From the NCBI RefSeq assembly GCF_964355755.1, contig NC_092671.1:19468001-19532000 (forward strand): a DNA stretch of 64,000 nt. Reading direction: 5' to 3'. Position 1 is the first letter of the stretch; each line of letters begins with the position of its first letter. The notes beneath the pieces were generated by a model that saw only the letters and a list, made by a program, of their open reading frames with translations, was not told the DNA's origin and searched no databases. Below, in pieces: positions 12,324 to 28,100 of this stretch. The DNA is from Antedon mediterranea (Eukaryota; Animalia; Echinodermata). Both the position numbers and the translations under genes were made by a program.

Positions 12324-15300
12324 TTAATAATTATCAAACATATCTTGCTTTCGTTCACTATAATGCCGTTTAAAGTCATCGTCAAAAAGTTCAAGATCTC
12401 TTTCGTTTTGAATAACACCCTGAAATTAAAAAAAAAAACATTGTTAATAACATTGAAAAAAGAAATTGAGACATTCTGGAGCCAAAATGGCTGTAGTATA
12501 AATATTGCTTCTACAGACTACTCATAGTGGTACAGTAATTCGAAAAGCTATATTTTGTGTTATTTATGATCACAAAAGGGCGCCGCAACATATAGCCATG
12601 GAATTGGTGCAGATTCATCTGTAGAACAGTAGTAGTTTCAAGTCCTGTTATTTTGGACAGGTGAAAGAACGTTAACGGTCAGCTGTACCACATGAGAGAC
12701 CGTTTAAGAGGGCTCCTTCACACCTGCGTACAATTCAGCACAGCTCAAGGTACAGTAGAAGGAATCCATTACTCCTAAAATTACTGTATTTCCCAGTAGC
12801 ACAAACTTACTTTATATGATATTTACTAGATATTAAAATGTGTATATTAACCTTTGGCAAATACCCAAGCAGTTTTTGAGCATGTTTTTTGAGTAGACGT
12901 TGTCTTTCTTCCTCAATAATTTGTTGACGAAAGTTCTCGCGTTCTTCCTCTTCTCTTCGTTCCATCAATTCCATCTCTTTGTCAGCTGCAAATTGTGCTC
13001 GTCTCTCCTCAATAAGGTTTTCAACAGCACGTTTGTGTTCAAGCTGTTTCATACGTCGTTTCTGGGCATTCATTTGTTCTAGGCGATCATCTTCTGCAAA
13101 TTTAGCCAGCATCTGATAACAAGACAAAAACAATAAGCCAAAAAGAAACTCAACATCATTTAACCTTGCCACGTTGAAACACTGGTTCTCGTCTGATCAC
13201 CAATGTTAAACAATTAGGGCTTAGTTGGAAATTCAATGGGAGGCCATCAGGATAAATTGAGCTGGATCCCATCAGGCATTTGAAGTGAGCACTGCTGACT
13301 CTTACAGCAGCCCTGCATCTAGTATCTGCCTCTGCCTTTCTTCTAGTCAAGGTGGGCATTAGATGAGAGAAGCTATTTATCAATGATAGGACCAACCAAG
13401 GTGTTTTAAACTTTGATAGACATCGGCCATAATAAAAAAATATTCAACATTGGTCTATACAACAACAATGCATCATATTGAGGGGACACACTCTAAATAT
13501 ATATTTTTGTTTTTATTCCTATAATCTGATCTGATGATCTGTTTGATTTGACCCTAGCTTTGTATATGGTTTTTTTTCAATGCAGGAACCACCTTTAATA
13601 TTATACTGTAATGTTTCAATTTTAAATTAATTAATGTTTCCAAATTCCTTTTATGTTATTGTCACAATTATTTGTTTAAACCATCTTCTTAAATATTTAG
13701 TAGTTGTTGACTTAAATGTCTGGACCCCATGTAGAAAACAAGCTTGATGCATAAAAGTACACTGTACTATAAATAATTTATCCTGAAGTGGTAATTTGTA
13801 GTGATTAGTACTGAGGCCTTTCTCAGTGCTAATCACAACATTATATTCACCTGCTTTCTAAACTCTTCCTCTTCTTGTTTTTGTGCCTCTTGATGAAGCT
13901 GCTTGAGATGTAACTGTTGGCGATTACTAGTCTGCAACTCCAGACGTTGACGTACTCTTCTCTCCATTTCAGATTTTTCTTTTTGTCTCTCCGCTTCTTC
14001 TTGTTCTTCCAAATATAGTTCCATTCGCACCCTCTCCATTTCCTCTTCTTGTTCCCTCTCTTTGGCAATTTTATGGCTAAGCTGTAAAATTAACAACACA
14101 TTTTTTTTGTCAAAACAAGAAGATGGGCAACAGTGTGTTACAGAATTTTTTATATTACTATAAAACACATAAAAGGTTAAGTTTCAAGTTTTTTTAAAAT
14201 CACCAAAACTTGTGAGATCTATTTATTTCTGTATGGCTAAGTTTTATTAATATTCTCAACAACAACAATTTACAAACACATACAAAGGACATTTACAACT
14301 ATCCTCTGGCTGGCAGGTGGAATTTTTTTTAGGTGATCTTAATATTTATACAAATAACACATAAGATTTACTTACAGTACTCTGTACTTCAGCTTTCTTT
14401 TCTTCTCTTTCTCGTTTGAACTCCATTCGTTCTTCCTCTCTGTTCCGCTGCGCACTAGCAAATTCCAATATTCTACGGTTTTCCTCTTCCATGCGTTCCC
14501 GTTCTTTATCCATCCACAAATCTCTAGCTTTCTTAAATTCATCGATATATCTTTTTGTTGCTTGTTGTTTTGAAAGGTAAAGTTCCCTTTCTCTATCATT
14601 GAGAAAAAGAGATTGAGAAATTCATAAATAAAATTAAAAAATGCCTTAGAAAGTCTGTGAGAGGCCCATTGTATTTAACACGTTCCAAATTATAGAACAA
14701 AAGTGTAATCAAATGCTTGGCCTTCTATCACCTGAACCTCTCATAAGCTGCAATCACCTACCAGTCCAAGGATGTCCCCTTAGAGGAGGTTCAACATATT
14801 ACAATGTGTACTTTAAAAATCCTGGATGCACTCTTACTTGATGAAATATCATTTAATACAAATTTGTTTACCTTTGATCTTCTTCATAAATCTTTCGAAC
14901 AATTTCATCAATCATTAACTTTTCTTTCAAGAACTCTTCATAACTTTCTTGTTTTTTACGTTCTTGCTCTTCCAGTTGTTTTTCCAACTCTTGCTGGTAT
15001 TGTACACTTTCCTGCCATCGTTCTTTCAGCTTCTTTTGTTCCTCTTCATCTGCTCGAGCCGATTCCTCTTTCATTAGCTTGGAAATTTCAGCATCCCTTG
15101 CCTAGAAAAATTGTCAAAAAATAATTATTAATTATCATTCAGTGAGTCACCCATCTTTCAAGGGTAGTTACTAAATAAAAAGATGTTAAAAAACTGATAT
15201 AAATGGATATTAATATAAATATATGCAGAAAGTATGTAAAAATAGATAAATCTATAAGAACCAAATCATTATCTTTCTATTTCTTAAAAATTAGGAGGCT

Positions 15301-18300
15301 TTCAGTTGAATTAGATGTGCAATAATTATTGTTCATTATTTTTTCACAACGCATACCACTGTATAATAACAAATAATAATAATAATAGATTTATCAATTT
15401 ATTATTGCTTATAATTAAAAGGTTATATTATTTATACAGGTAATACTAATATAAAACACATTTATTATTATTATTATAAAATAACACATATTTAATAATA
15501 AAGTTTCTGACAATTTATGTTATTTGTAAAAAATTATAAATTCAAATAGATTTTAGACTACAGTATAAATTTGTTTTAAAATAAAAATATAAAATGTGCT
15601 TTTTAACATAAGTTCAGTTATTTTAGCATATGCTCGACGGTCCTAAAATCTCATCTGAGTATTGAATTGACAGGGGACGTTAATAACAGTAACACCTAAT
15701 CTTAATAATTAGTCACACCCTTGCTAATTAGTGTCACTTACAAATACTTAAATGCACAATTGAAGTATCTGTAACACTACAGGATGCAACCTCAGTCAAC
15801 ACCTTTGCGTAATTTACTACAAGTTATAAGACAATGACATCATAAATGTCAATTGAGAAAAGTGAATTGACTAATTCTAAATATGTTACGAGCCCAGATC
15901 TTAGTACCTCCCAAAAGGAAATATTCAAAGAAATCTATTTTAATCTTTGGCCTTTACAATAACTGGTAACAATCTTTGCATGGTTGTATTGCCCGTGTGT
16001 GTTGCAATTTTTCCCCTTTTTATGAATTTTATATTGATATTCTCTATTTTTTATATTTTTATATGATATCTTATGTCACTGTCAGCAGAGCCAGTAAATG
16101 TAATCTTGAAAAATATAATAAGTTATTTCTGAAGATTTAGGCACAGCATTGTAAGTAAGTAAGTAAGTAAATTAATGATGAACAAGAAAATATGCAATGA
16201 GTTTATTTTACATATTTTTTCAATACTACAGTACTACAAATCTGAGCATAAAAAAAACAGATGGTGAAGGGTTAAAGAAGAAAAATTAGAAACAAAAATT
16301 ATGCCCAAGTACAGGAACAACTGGAAAGCCACTCCGAGAGTGCATACATCTGCCTACTGTAAAATTCTCCTACATAAGATTTCTCCGGGAAAAAAAAAAA
16401 TATATATATATATTTGTGTGTGTCTTAATGCTGTTTGTGATTTAGGCTAATTTCACTACAAGCATGTGTATGCGAGTTTGGTGTAATGGTTAACAAGCCT
16501 TTCAATTAGCTTCAGTTGACTAATAATAGAACATCATGCGAAAATCAAACGAGTGAATTTGAAAAGAAATAGGTTTTTTAAACTACTCGCATCAAAAAAC
16601 GTGCACATTAAATCAAATTATGTTTTAAAATTACAAAGCACAAATTATACCTATTGCCTCTTGTACAAAAATGAAGTTTTTTGGACAAGTAGTTCTAGAG
16701 AAAATGCAAAAATATCTTTTAACACTATCAGGTCTGAAAAGTATACTAAAAAGAGGTCTAGAATTGGGACCATGGTCCCAAAATTTAATGGAATGGTCCT
16801 TGACTACATATCTATCTGTATATTCATTTTGGTAAAGATCTTGTAATTACTTTTTGAGTAATCCTGCTAACAAACAAACAAACCTTGGCGGAGGTAAATT
16901 ACCGTTTAGTCATAATAATAAGAGGACCCTTAATATCATTTTTTTTCATGAAGACCTGCATGGTTGTTGCTCTTTAAAGTTGTATAATAAATAAATATCC
17001 TGTGGTCAATTTCATTTGGTGGCCATAAACAATGAACATCATTTCATTTTGAATAATAACAATAGTAATGCATAACAAAATCTTACAGTTATTTCATAGT
17101 TCATGGCTTCTTTTTCTGCCAGTTGTGCTGCCCTCTCACGGTTCATATAGCCTGCTCTAAGTTTAGCTTCTAATTCTCTCAATTCTCTACTATTCTCACG
17201 TATCTGTTGTCTCATCTTGGCATCACGTAATTGGTCTAGTTTCACTCGTTCAAGTTCCATAGCAAGTCTTTCTTCTTGTTCCATCTGTTTTTCTCGTAAC
17301 TGTTTCATTTCATGAGACTAAAACATGATAAAGAAATTTGTAATTGGCTTAGTTATTGAAAGAATTTAAACCGGTACCACCTTTTTTGTTACAACAAACT
17401 TTCTCACACCAGAAAATACTTTATTTTATTTATTCAATCATTTAGCATCCATTCAACTATACATTTAAAATACATAATAAAGAAAAAATAAAAACAATTG
17501 GAATATTGAATTTGAATAAAACCAAAGTTTGTAGCTAGGTTTGATAACCAAAGGGTTGAAAGGTAGTATATTTTACTCAATATTTTGGTCTCTCTATCAA
17601 TTATGTCATCTGGAATAGGATCTTATAGTAGAGACTATCTAATAGTTTTCTAGTAGTCTTAAAAAAAAAAGTTTGATCAGTAAACAAAATAAATGACAAA
17701 ACTACTCAATATCAACAGTTAAGTATTAATCTTACTTTTATGATGGCATCTTCCATTTCACGTTCTTTGTGTTCTTGTTGCAATCTACGAATATAACGCT
17801 TTGATTCCACCCTTTCCTCACTTTCCATATTTGCCTCCAACACCTTTTCTTTTGTCAATCTTTTTAAGTGGTCTTCCCTGTCCTCTTCCCTGCGTCGTGA
17901 ATCTGCCAACATTTTCTCCTGTTGTGCATGAGTGAGATTTCGTCGCATCATTGCCTATAAATTTGAAATGAGTAGTTAGCAATTAAATTACAATCTTAAT
18001 TTAGGGAACAGATACAAATAGGGATTAAAAAAACACAGTAGGCCTAGGCCTAAAGCTCCTTGGTGTACTACTAGACTAGGTTTATTTAGAAATAATACTA
18101 ATTATAGTAAAGTACTGGAATGGGATGGTGGTAGTGGTCGCCTACAACACTAGCTCTACAGTCTAGAGGCCCAACTTCTAGGGCCTAGCCTATTAAGCCT
18201 AGCCCTACTCCTAAAAGGCCTATCATCATCAGTATCAGGCCTATTCCTATTAATTACACTTATCAATAAGGCCTGCCTTCCCTACTACTACTAGCCTAGG

Positions 18301-18486
18301 CGCGTCTAGCTCAACTAGCCTAATTAGAATAGGGCTAGGCCTACGTATAATAAAGAGGTAGACCAAGCCTAGCTAGTAGTAGGCCTAGGCTAACCTTGGC
18401 CTCTCTAGGTTTGCCTCACAATCGGGATCGAGTAATGTTTAAAATAATTGTTTTATTGAATATGTTTACAAATTCAATCTTACCAT
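12324..18486 (-). CDS. MNS1: Meiosis-specific nuclear structural protein 1 (axonemal coiled-coil protein)
   Basis: Exons (minus) 18486-18484 (ATG only), 17954-17736, 17317-17087, 15101-14872, 14592-14376, 14081-13851, 13112-12852, 12419-12324, phase-consistent. Motifs RENSRELRELEAKLRAGYMNRERAAQ, KEKLMIDEIVRKIYEEDQ, MLAKFAEDDRLEQMNAQKRRMKQLEH and LLGYLPKGV match MNS1. Confidence 0.96.
16319..16898 (-). mobile_element. Helentron/DINE-like non-autonomous element, copy 1 (MNS1 intron)
   Basis: Highly similar to 55664-56353; GGCGGAGGTA subterminal repeat and (CAAA)n microsatellite; carries internal deletions relative to copy 2. Confidence 0.7.
18040..18410. repeat. TAGGCCTA-rich tract in MNS1 intron 1
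   Basis: Dense TAGGCCTA/CTAG motifs immediately downstream (minus sense) of the ATG exon. Confidence 0.75.
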
Positions 18487-18615
18487 ATTGAATCGGTTGA
18501 TAGATGCAAATAATTATAGTATTAATCTTTAGAAACACGTTGAATTATACGGTTATAGAGAGGAGGAGGTTCTAACAACCTGTCTGCTGTGCACCTTTTT
18601 TCCGTTGTTTTGCAA

Positions 18616-18629
18616 GTAACCAAGGTATC
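18616..18629 (-). promoter_or_regulatory. Candidate RFX X-box upstream of MNS1
   Basis: GTAACCAAGGTATC is an imperfect GTNRCC-NN-RGYAAC match about 130 bp upstream of the ATG of a ciliary gene; TGACGT site at about 18678. Confidence 0.35.
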
Positions 18630-21600
18630 TGCTCTCGATCGACCAAAGAACTAACTCCGAGCTCTCCGCCGGGTATATGACGTATGTCCGATTTTTTAAA
18701 CTGCGCCCTCTATTGTATTGAATAAAATAAACTTTTTATATAATTATTCGCTAACATTAACAATGTGTGCTGTGTATACTACGTGTTAAGTACGAAAAGA
18801 ACAATGTTTCGTACCCTAAATATACGGAGTCAGTAGGTCAGTAAGTTCCACTAACTTAATTTAAGAATCATGTTATAGATATAGATAACATTTTCGACCA
18901 GGTCATAAACATAAATTCATTGTTTAAATCGGAATCAGTCATAAATAAATCGCAAAATATGAAGGTATTAGTTTATATAATCCTAATTTTTAACTTGAAA
19001 GCTTTTAGTTTGCCATGGATTAAACTTTCCTGGATGGCCAGTTCCCAACGGACAGAGTAGAATCCAGTTCACATAAACATCGGTTTCGGTTATTAAAAAC
19101 TTTCACTTTGATTTTACTTTAGCGCCAGTAATTTGGCCAGTAGCACGAAGATTTCTCAGTAATCACATTTAATGGTTATATTTGGTGCATTTATATATGT
19201 CTGTATTGTTATTATTATTGAATGCTTTTGGTCTTTATGTTAGTTATTATAGGAGCTAGGTTATACCACAAATATGGACGACGGTATCGTGAGAGATAAA
19301 GGTTATTTTCACTGTTATCATATCAACATCGCTGTCGCCATCGTCGTCGTCCTCGTCCATGATTTTCAAATCAACATATATTTCTTTTTTCTTTCTGCGC
19401 ATGCGATAATGCAACACTTTAAAATGCGTCGTATGTTATAAACACTATAAGTAGGCGTATTATAATATCAACGTTTACAACATAGTCAATGGTGACTTTG
19501 ATATGCAAAACCTTTGCATCTTACTCTTGCCTTCTATGTTGTGTAATTGATCAAACAGCCGACGATTTTTAAAAGAGTCGAGAGTGATATAGATATACAT
19601 TATAAATAAATCTATAACTCCGATAATGGGGCGGATATCCTCTTCTCTATCACTGAACTACAGAAACACTTTACGCATGCTTAGAAGATTGTCAGGAAAG
19701 CGCCGCCTCGCGAGAAACGAGCATTGCTCTGGCAATTTCAAGTTTTGCTAAGTAAGGGAACTGTCGATCGAATGGTTCAGCAACTGCAGTATTTTATCTA
19801 TGTCAGGACTTAATGACTTCTAGCCAACATGACATTCTTATACTTTGGACTTCTATTAGGATTATTTTATACATCTGTATTTGCTCAATTTCCGAGTCTG
19901 AACCCAAATGGAAGGAACGTCTGTAGAAAAATGTAAGTTTCCACAAATAAACCAGAATCTTATTAAATATATTATTAATATTAGACATAACGATGTGAAA
20001 TAGCCTAAATTAAGCGTTCCTTAGTTTACAGTTTGTTTTTCCATGTTTTACAATAAGCTATGGAAATACACTATCAATTCAAAATCAGGTACTTGGATCT
20101 AGTTTCCTTTAAGGAACACTTTGGGGTTCCGGGGCACAAATATTGTCACCTGACAATAATGTAAGTATGCAATAAATGTAAAGCATAACAGACTGAACGA
20201 TAAATATGAAGGATCATATCAAATAAGTTTTGACATGACGATGCTCCCCTCAAACGCCATGTGCCGGGGACAGGCACTGCGGGTATATCTAGAAACTGTA
20301 GACTGAATACCGTACGTGTTCTATATATAGTATGCCTACTCTGACGTGACACCAGTAACTCTAACTATTGTAAAATTGTAGTTCTAGGCCTAACGTCAAA
20401 GATGATAACTGTTGTGAAACTTGATCATTTAGGAGGGTTATTCTGATTCTTAGCAAGCATTGCCTAGTAAAATCACATGACTAAGTCATGTGACGGGCCA
20501 AATATGACCCCATGGGCCTTAATAGGTAAGTAAAGTTCGACCACGTGGTGAACAGTGGGATGATCTTCAATGATTCTAATTAGTGACCTTATTGCTAAAG
20601 ACTAACATTTCACTTGTTATTCTCAACTGTGCAGCTTATTACAGGCCTACACAGAAGTTAACCTGGGTTCTGACTGTTGACCTATGATTAATGCAAATGA
20701 ATAATCCAATGACTGTACAAATCAAAGCAATATCATTTGGGTGGACGTTTCTCTAATTTAAGAAAATCTTGAATTAAGAATTTGATAACAAACATTTTTG
20801 GGTTTGAATTTAATAATTAACCTTTTAGGTTCCTCCATCCAACAAATCTCCCCCCACCCACCTCAAATTGAATAATAATATGGTCATTTACTATTATAAT
20901 AAAACGTTTTCGCGTGAAAAATCCAGGCACGAAGCCACATAGACATTAACAGTAAACTTGGCGTATTTGACTAGTTTAGTCACATTAATGCTGTGATTAT
21001 GGCGCTTCGTGTGCAGGCAAGCATGGAGCGATCTGTGCTTGCCTCACGTCTGCTCACAAACCAGCTGTAGCGAATTCGTAATACTAAACGAGTCATCAAT
21101 ATAACAAAATAAGTCTACCCTGGCACCGAATATGAATACAAACAAGTTAAATTGTATTTGTATCATATAGTTCAGTAGAAAACCTAGTAAGGGGATACAT
21201 TCGAGACCAACAAAACAAAGTGTCCTCTTAGTATCTTAGTGCCAATTAGGCCTAAAACATAATTATATTGTCCAGCATTTCCATGGAAAATTTCCCCTCA
21301 AAATGTGTGTCTCCTGTATTAGGGGTGTCCCAAAAAGGAATTCTACTGAATATTTTGACATTCCCAAAATGGGGATTGTAGCGCTGCTGTAGCCTTAGCA
21401 TTTGATTATCCTCAGTTTAAGAATTTAAAGAGCTCATTATTTTTTACTGTCCCTTTCTTCCCCTTCGTTGTATAGATTAATTATACAATTATTAAGAGGT
21501 CACAATCCTGAATACTCTGTATTTTCGGCGCCGGCTTTCCAATTGTTTCCGTTTGATCACGTTATTAATAGCTTTATACGGGTAATGTAATTGCATAAAA

Positions 21601-22989
21601 CTATATTATCCCGAAGCAGACTATTGCCGATAAGAAGACAATAGTTGAAATGTTCTTGTTTAAATGTTATATCTGGAGGCTGTATGATTCATGTAGACCA
21701 TGTATCCGCGATGCACCATCTCATCCCTGTAAATGCAGCTAGTGTCCCAGACGATAAGTGGCTGACTAAAACAAGGAAATGAATGACGAGCAGAATATAT
21801 CCTGCCAGCTCTTAACTCGGGTTTAGTCAATGATTTGTAATTTAAATTACAATTTCAAGAACTTTTTTCAACCTGTCAAACTAGGGAAACGTTTTAAAAT
21901 CTGAGGTAGATTTTGGTTAATGTCATTTGTTTTTACCGTGTTCAATTTGGGGATATTTTAAAGAATTATGCCTAAAAAGAAATAATAGGCCTATGCCTAA
22001 GATTGTGAACGTATACTATTATAGCAGTGAAATAGTGTAGGTATGACTATAATTTGTATGTGTTTAAATTTTAAATGTAAATATGTATAATTATGTTTGT
22101 ATGATGTAGTATGTTTAAGCGGATATTATCCCTTGATGGCATTTGCAGCAATAAAGAAATTGAATTGAATTGAATTGAATCACAAAATATCAAGGTTGCA
22201 CAATATTTGTAATTAAATGACTTATTAACCCAATGACAAGAATATCGTCAAAGTTCTAAATATTTAAAGGGTACCTCCGGCAACAATTTCTATTACGTAT
22301 TATAAAATTTAGACTAAACCTTTGCAGCAACTCTATTTTTTCGATGAGCTAATTATCAATGTTGTTTCAAATGTTTATTTATTTGAATAGAACTCGAAGC
22401 CACTCTTTAACATTGTTTAATCAACAATTTGATTCAATACGTTTGCGTAAGGTTAAGATATAAGTGTTAGTATTTTAGGTTATTATATTTAAGCACTCAG
22501 GGTGTGAACATAGACCAATGCATAGCTGAGAAGAATATTGGTTGGTATCGAGAATAACAAGTCATGCATTGTTAAAATGATATTACTTCAGGCCCTTCAT
22601 GTCCCATGATATTTCAGAATAAGTTTTCTTTATTCAATTAAATTTTTATTCCCAACTGTATATTTATTTCTTACTTAGAAAAGTGTTATTTTACGTGTGT
22701 TTGAGATTCTAATTAGATACATATCCACATAAATATTGTTAATAATTGGATGTTCTACTTTTGGGACAAGTTATGAGCCTTTAGCTTTTGTTATCAGTAT
22801 CAACATTTACAGACGCTAATACGCTTTATACGTCACAAATCAAATGTTAAATTATTTCATTTTTAAAATGACCTTTTCAAGAAAATTATCTGATATGTAT
22901 CACAATGTTTTACAATCAAATTCAGGTAAAGTTGTTTGAAATTAGTCATTATTTATGAACTGATAATTGTCATATTAATAATACAAAAC

Positions 22990-23480
22990 TACATGCGTCA
23001 TCACTTTTACATATCGTCATCATCGTGTCATCGACACATTCAGTATGAACAAAATAATCATTATCAACACAAGTGCCATCATAATCATTTCCATCATTAT
23101 CAACACAAATTATCATCATAATCATTACCATAATTATCAACACAATTGCCATCATAATCATCATCACCATTAACGACACAACCACCTTCATTATAAGCAA
23201 CATTACCATCAACAACAACATCAGCATTTGCAGTTAATAATCATCAATCGTCATAAGGAATAATTAGTATAATTATATCATTACATAATTATCATCATTA
23301 AAAATAGTCTTCAAAGAAACAATCGTCGTCATAGCAACATTATTATAAGCATTTCATCCTCCTCAATCCACATGTATATCATCATAAACATCATCATTTA
23401 GAGCAACAAGATATCATCACAGTTATACCGTAGAATAATCACCAATCATTATGATAAAAGTCATCAACTTCACCATCAAC
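22990..23480. repeat. Degenerate (CAT/CAA)n low-complexity tract
   Basis: Runs of ATC/CAT/CAA triplets generating spurious His- and Met-rich ORFs. Confidence 0.8.
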
Positions 23481-25027
23481 ATTATAAAATTAAAGACTTT
23501 TTATGTTATTTATTAATATCATTGATCAATTTACACCTGTTTTTATTAAAGAGAAGCTTTGTTACGTTTATACCGTTTCCGTTTCTAATGAAATGTTGTT
23601 GCTGTTACCAGTTTATTCGCAAACTAGCTTTGTGTGTAATAAACAATAGATCTGATGGTAATTTTGAATATAGCCCGGCTTATATATCACAGTTTACTTG
23701 ATCCGCCTTACTTCATTTTAATTTTTATAATTAGACAGGTGTATTTTTAGTTCTTCGCGTAGTAGCCAGATATCTAGTATCAGATGTACTGCGAGATGAT
23801 ACTGTCAGTTTTATTTATGAGCTTCATTTGTGTTGTTAAAAACTAGATTTAATGTTGTCTAACAAGCTTTTTCTTAATTCCCTAGGAAATTTTAAAATGA
23901 TAAGCGATCAACAACAAGTTTATGAAACATATCTACAATTTTATCCTCATTCCATTTCCATCATGGACATATTTATGTTTGTTTTATTAATCCAACACGG
24001 GACTTAAAAGCTAAAGTTGTCATCCATGAATTATTACTTAATATCATCATTGCCGACAACAGATTGTTTTGTTCATGTACAGCAGCCAGGGTACTAAAGA
24101 AATAGTTTGAACAAAATAAATCTAAAATAATTTTTTTCTAATTTTTTATATTTTTTTGATAAAGTAAAATTAAAGAGATTATTTTGAAAAACAAAATATG
24201 AAAGCATACAGAAAATGATATGATGTGTATTAATGTGCGTATTACGCCGCAGATCTCCAATAAGAAGACATTCTTTTTCAAATAATAATTAACAATGCAA
24301 CAGTTTTAAGTATAATGCAAGAAATAAAATTAGAACTCATTACTAGTTTGTAAAGACCTAATCTAGCAAAGTTGACGAACAGTTTATTACGGTATATAAT
24401 TTACAGAATCGTAAATCCATATGGACATAAGCAGAATGTATTTTATTCTAAAGTGTCCATCAACTGCAAACTATGATATCTTTCTGTATCATCTAAAAAG
24501 TTAATCCTCACATGAATCAAATTCTTCGAACTGTTGACACCAGAACAAATACACATTATTCTTGAAATACTATCAGTCGTAAGATTAGTGCAGTAAATTG
24601 AACAACTTGTAACGGTGTCAATCAGAGTTTATTATAATGTTACGATTTGTGATGATCTTGAAATTGTGAAGAAATCTTGCGGATGATATTTTAGATGCTG
24701 TTTAAAATCAGTGTATTATTTTAACTAACTTGTTTAGTATGTTCAAGTTTCTGATCAAGATGTACCACAATAATGATGCTCTTTCAATGTTTTTTTTTTA
24801 AATTTGTATTTAATTTTTGTTCATGTCTGTAGACACGTCACATTGCCAAGGATAATAGTAAATTATGTCCTATCAGAACGCAGGGGTTATTTTGTGAACC
24901 AGTTTACCGGGGTACCCTATATAATTAGTCTCGAACTTGGTTCTTTAAAATGTAAACTGTTACACTAGGCCTACGGTTTAGTCCTTATTCGAGAAAAATT
25001 GTTCCACCACCAAAACTAAGATCTAGT

Positions 25028-25105
25028 AAGCCTCGAACCCACGTCAATTGTTGGCTATATTTGGGTATGGTAAACTTAACTGCCTAATCGCTCGGTCATT
25101 TGACT
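25028..25105 (-). mobile_element. tRNA-derived SINE head remnant
   Basis: Minus strand shows A-box-like TGACCGAGCGATTAGG and B-box-like GGTTCGAGGC at tRNA-like spacing. Confidence 0.45.
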
Positions 25106-28100
25106 CGCGTCCAAATAAAACGGTTCAATTCCGAATGCATTTGTGTGGGAAGAGGTAAAATTCCAGAGCGTGACAGCGGTCCATTTCTCTAAACCTATAG
25201 GAAAACATATACAAAAAAACAAACATATATTTCGGAATTTCATCGAGAGACTAAATGTTCACCACCATAAATATATAATGATAATCGAGTATTTTTTATT
25301 TCCACACGTTTTCAAATGTTCCAATACAATATTACGACATAATAGTGGAAAAGGGTATCCCATGCAAAGTTAGGCTTTACACGCGAGAACCTAGTCAGAC
25401 AAAACAAAGTAGCCTAAACATGAGTATTTAAATGCATTTGTTGGCCTCCTTTGCCTGGTTTGAAAGACTGAACTATTTTCAATCTGTTAGATTGGAATTA
25501 AATTCCCAATTCTAGAGCTTATTTTTTATTAAGTTGGTTTGGTAATATGTGTACTTAAATTAATATGATACCGGATTGAATTGCAATTTAATTAGATCGG
25601 TTTACGAAGAATACGGTAATGTGAAGTGAACGAGTTGAATGTGCGCAACGCTTCACAGGGTTCAGAAGAATATAGGCGCACATTTTGTTTCTTTTTAGTT
25701 ATCGTAGTTTGATTGAATCATTTTATTTGAAATAGGTGAATATTACATTTTTTAAGATCAAATCCCATGTTTATCATGGTTAGACAAATTATTAGGGATC
25801 TGAGTCCCAGGAGCAATCTGTGGATGTACGGTAATCGTGGGGTCCATTGGGAGTTAATGTATCCATGGCAACAGCCGCTCCCATTAGACACGTTCTTCTT
25901 GTTATAGTTGGTAGAGCATTTTGAACAAGTGCTTTTGTAGTTTCCTGTATATTTATTGTTCCATTTTACAGCTGTTTCCTATATTACTTATAATATCATA
26001 ACTCACAATATCATAAAACTCAATCCAGACAATTTACCTTCTATTGCAGCACATGATGCCCAAGGGAGTTTGTTTATTTGTACAATGATTATTAGCTATT
26101 ATTAACTTACGTCATCTTTGATCTAAAGGCTAAAGTTGCCGTTACTTTATTTTGTAACACGAAATACGAAATGTAATTCTTATTTTAACAGAGCATTATT
26201 CTGATAATATTATGTATCAACTCCTATAAAAGTATATGGGACATTCCAGCTAGAATTTGTATAGTCTTATAATTTTAATTTTCCTTTGTAGGATTATTTC
26301 AAGTAGACATTGCATTTTACATTACATTTTAAATGTTGGTGCGTTTATGCCTCTTATGAACAAGACCATTTATTATGGAAGTTAACTATTTCAAATTGTA
26401 TGACAGTGCGAACCACAATTAGGTGTCCTCCAAAAACATGAACAATGAAGATTAATAACAAAACATGCCATTTCGCTGTTTTAATAAAAGTCAATCACTT
26501 CCATAGACAAAAACATGTTTTCAATTATAAAAAGACAACATAAATGGTTAATCTTTTGCTTAAATTACAGGGGTTTTTTTCTTCAGGTAAATAAATGTTT
26601 AAAAAAAATTAAAATCGCATATTCAACAAAAACATTTAGGCCTAAACAACTTTATTTTTTCAGGTGCACAATATATCTTAAATGATAATAATTTTTAGTT
26701 AATTAGTGCATTATGCAATTTTTTATTTAGTTAATAATGAACCATAGACCTAATATAGTAAAAACATAGGAACAAACCGTAGAAATTGACACTTACATTT
26801 ATTAAACTGATATAGGCCTATAATAATAATATCTGAACATTCGGAGTGTTTAGTGTAGAGTTGCTGGCTGATATATAACCATATATGTCAAAATTAATTT
26901 ATTGTTTTAATTTTGAATTTGAGTCGTTGTTGACTGAACGGGAATGAATGTTACTTTGTCTATGTTAACTATACCAAAGACGTTCAACGTTCCGACAATA
27001 ATGTAAAGGCGACATAGGCCTATATAAACGGTACATCGATCAATCATAAGTTATTTTATGGTAAAACGCTTGGCTATAAAGAATCATAATGCTTAACCAT
27101 GATAAGCAGTAACGACATTCACCATTATAAGTTGACGACATCAGCAATAATTACCTACTCAGCAGCAACAGTAAATAGTTCAATACAGTAATAAATGCTA
27201 TTTTAACTGGGGTTTAATGCGCTTGGTTCATTATCTATCGTATCGAACATAGTGCTTTTAGTTGATCAACGATAATATTTTAGACTAATTATTGACTAGG
27301 CATAATGTATAAATGAGAATTGGTGGGAACCAAAGTCGGTCTATTACTTGCATCGTCGGTTGAGAAGGCAACAACCGACCCTAATAAAATGTAGGCTATA
27401 CACATGATGTGTTATTTACGATACAAAGCTTTATTCAGCAGGCAACGCATAATGATATTTAATTTAATATTTACTAATTGTATTAGTTCAAATGTTTAAA
27501 ATCAGTAGGCCTACAGTAACTAAGATATAGACACTTTGAATTGCAATTTACAATTATATTATACGGCTGTCCCGTAGGTAACAGTATACAATCACTGCGA
27601 AAAGACTGTTATTGTCTACAGAAGAAAATCCCTATTTTTACCTCCGAATGCAAAGTGTTGAAAATAGAGAATTCGAAGAGCGCGGCGCGGTTGAGAACCC
27701 ATCAGATATTCTATGAATTGCATGCACATTTTAGGGATCAAGCGCGTAACGGGGTTCTGAATCATTACCCGAGAGACATTTTTTCTAGCATAAGTAAATT
27801 CAGAATTCTAAACTAGACAGGTGAAGTCATCATAAGTCTATCGATTTATTTAATTCAGTGACAGTGAATGTTTTAACGCTTCATCTTCTTCCCATAATAT
27901 TGCTGTCTAAGGAGCCTAAGGAGCATCTTGGTTGAAAGTTCAGTTTGTTGGCCTAAAAAAATTAGTGCGGTACATTATTACTCAATCATTCAAATTATAA
28001 GCCTACATAATTTTCTGTAAATAATGCATAAACATTTTATATCAGTCTTCTTCATTTAGTCCCACTGTCAAAAACTTAGGGCCTGCAAAGAACCTTAATT

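Noticed and set aside
22936-23227. His-rich and Met/Ile-rich ORFs
   Set aside because: Degenerate CAT triplet repeat.
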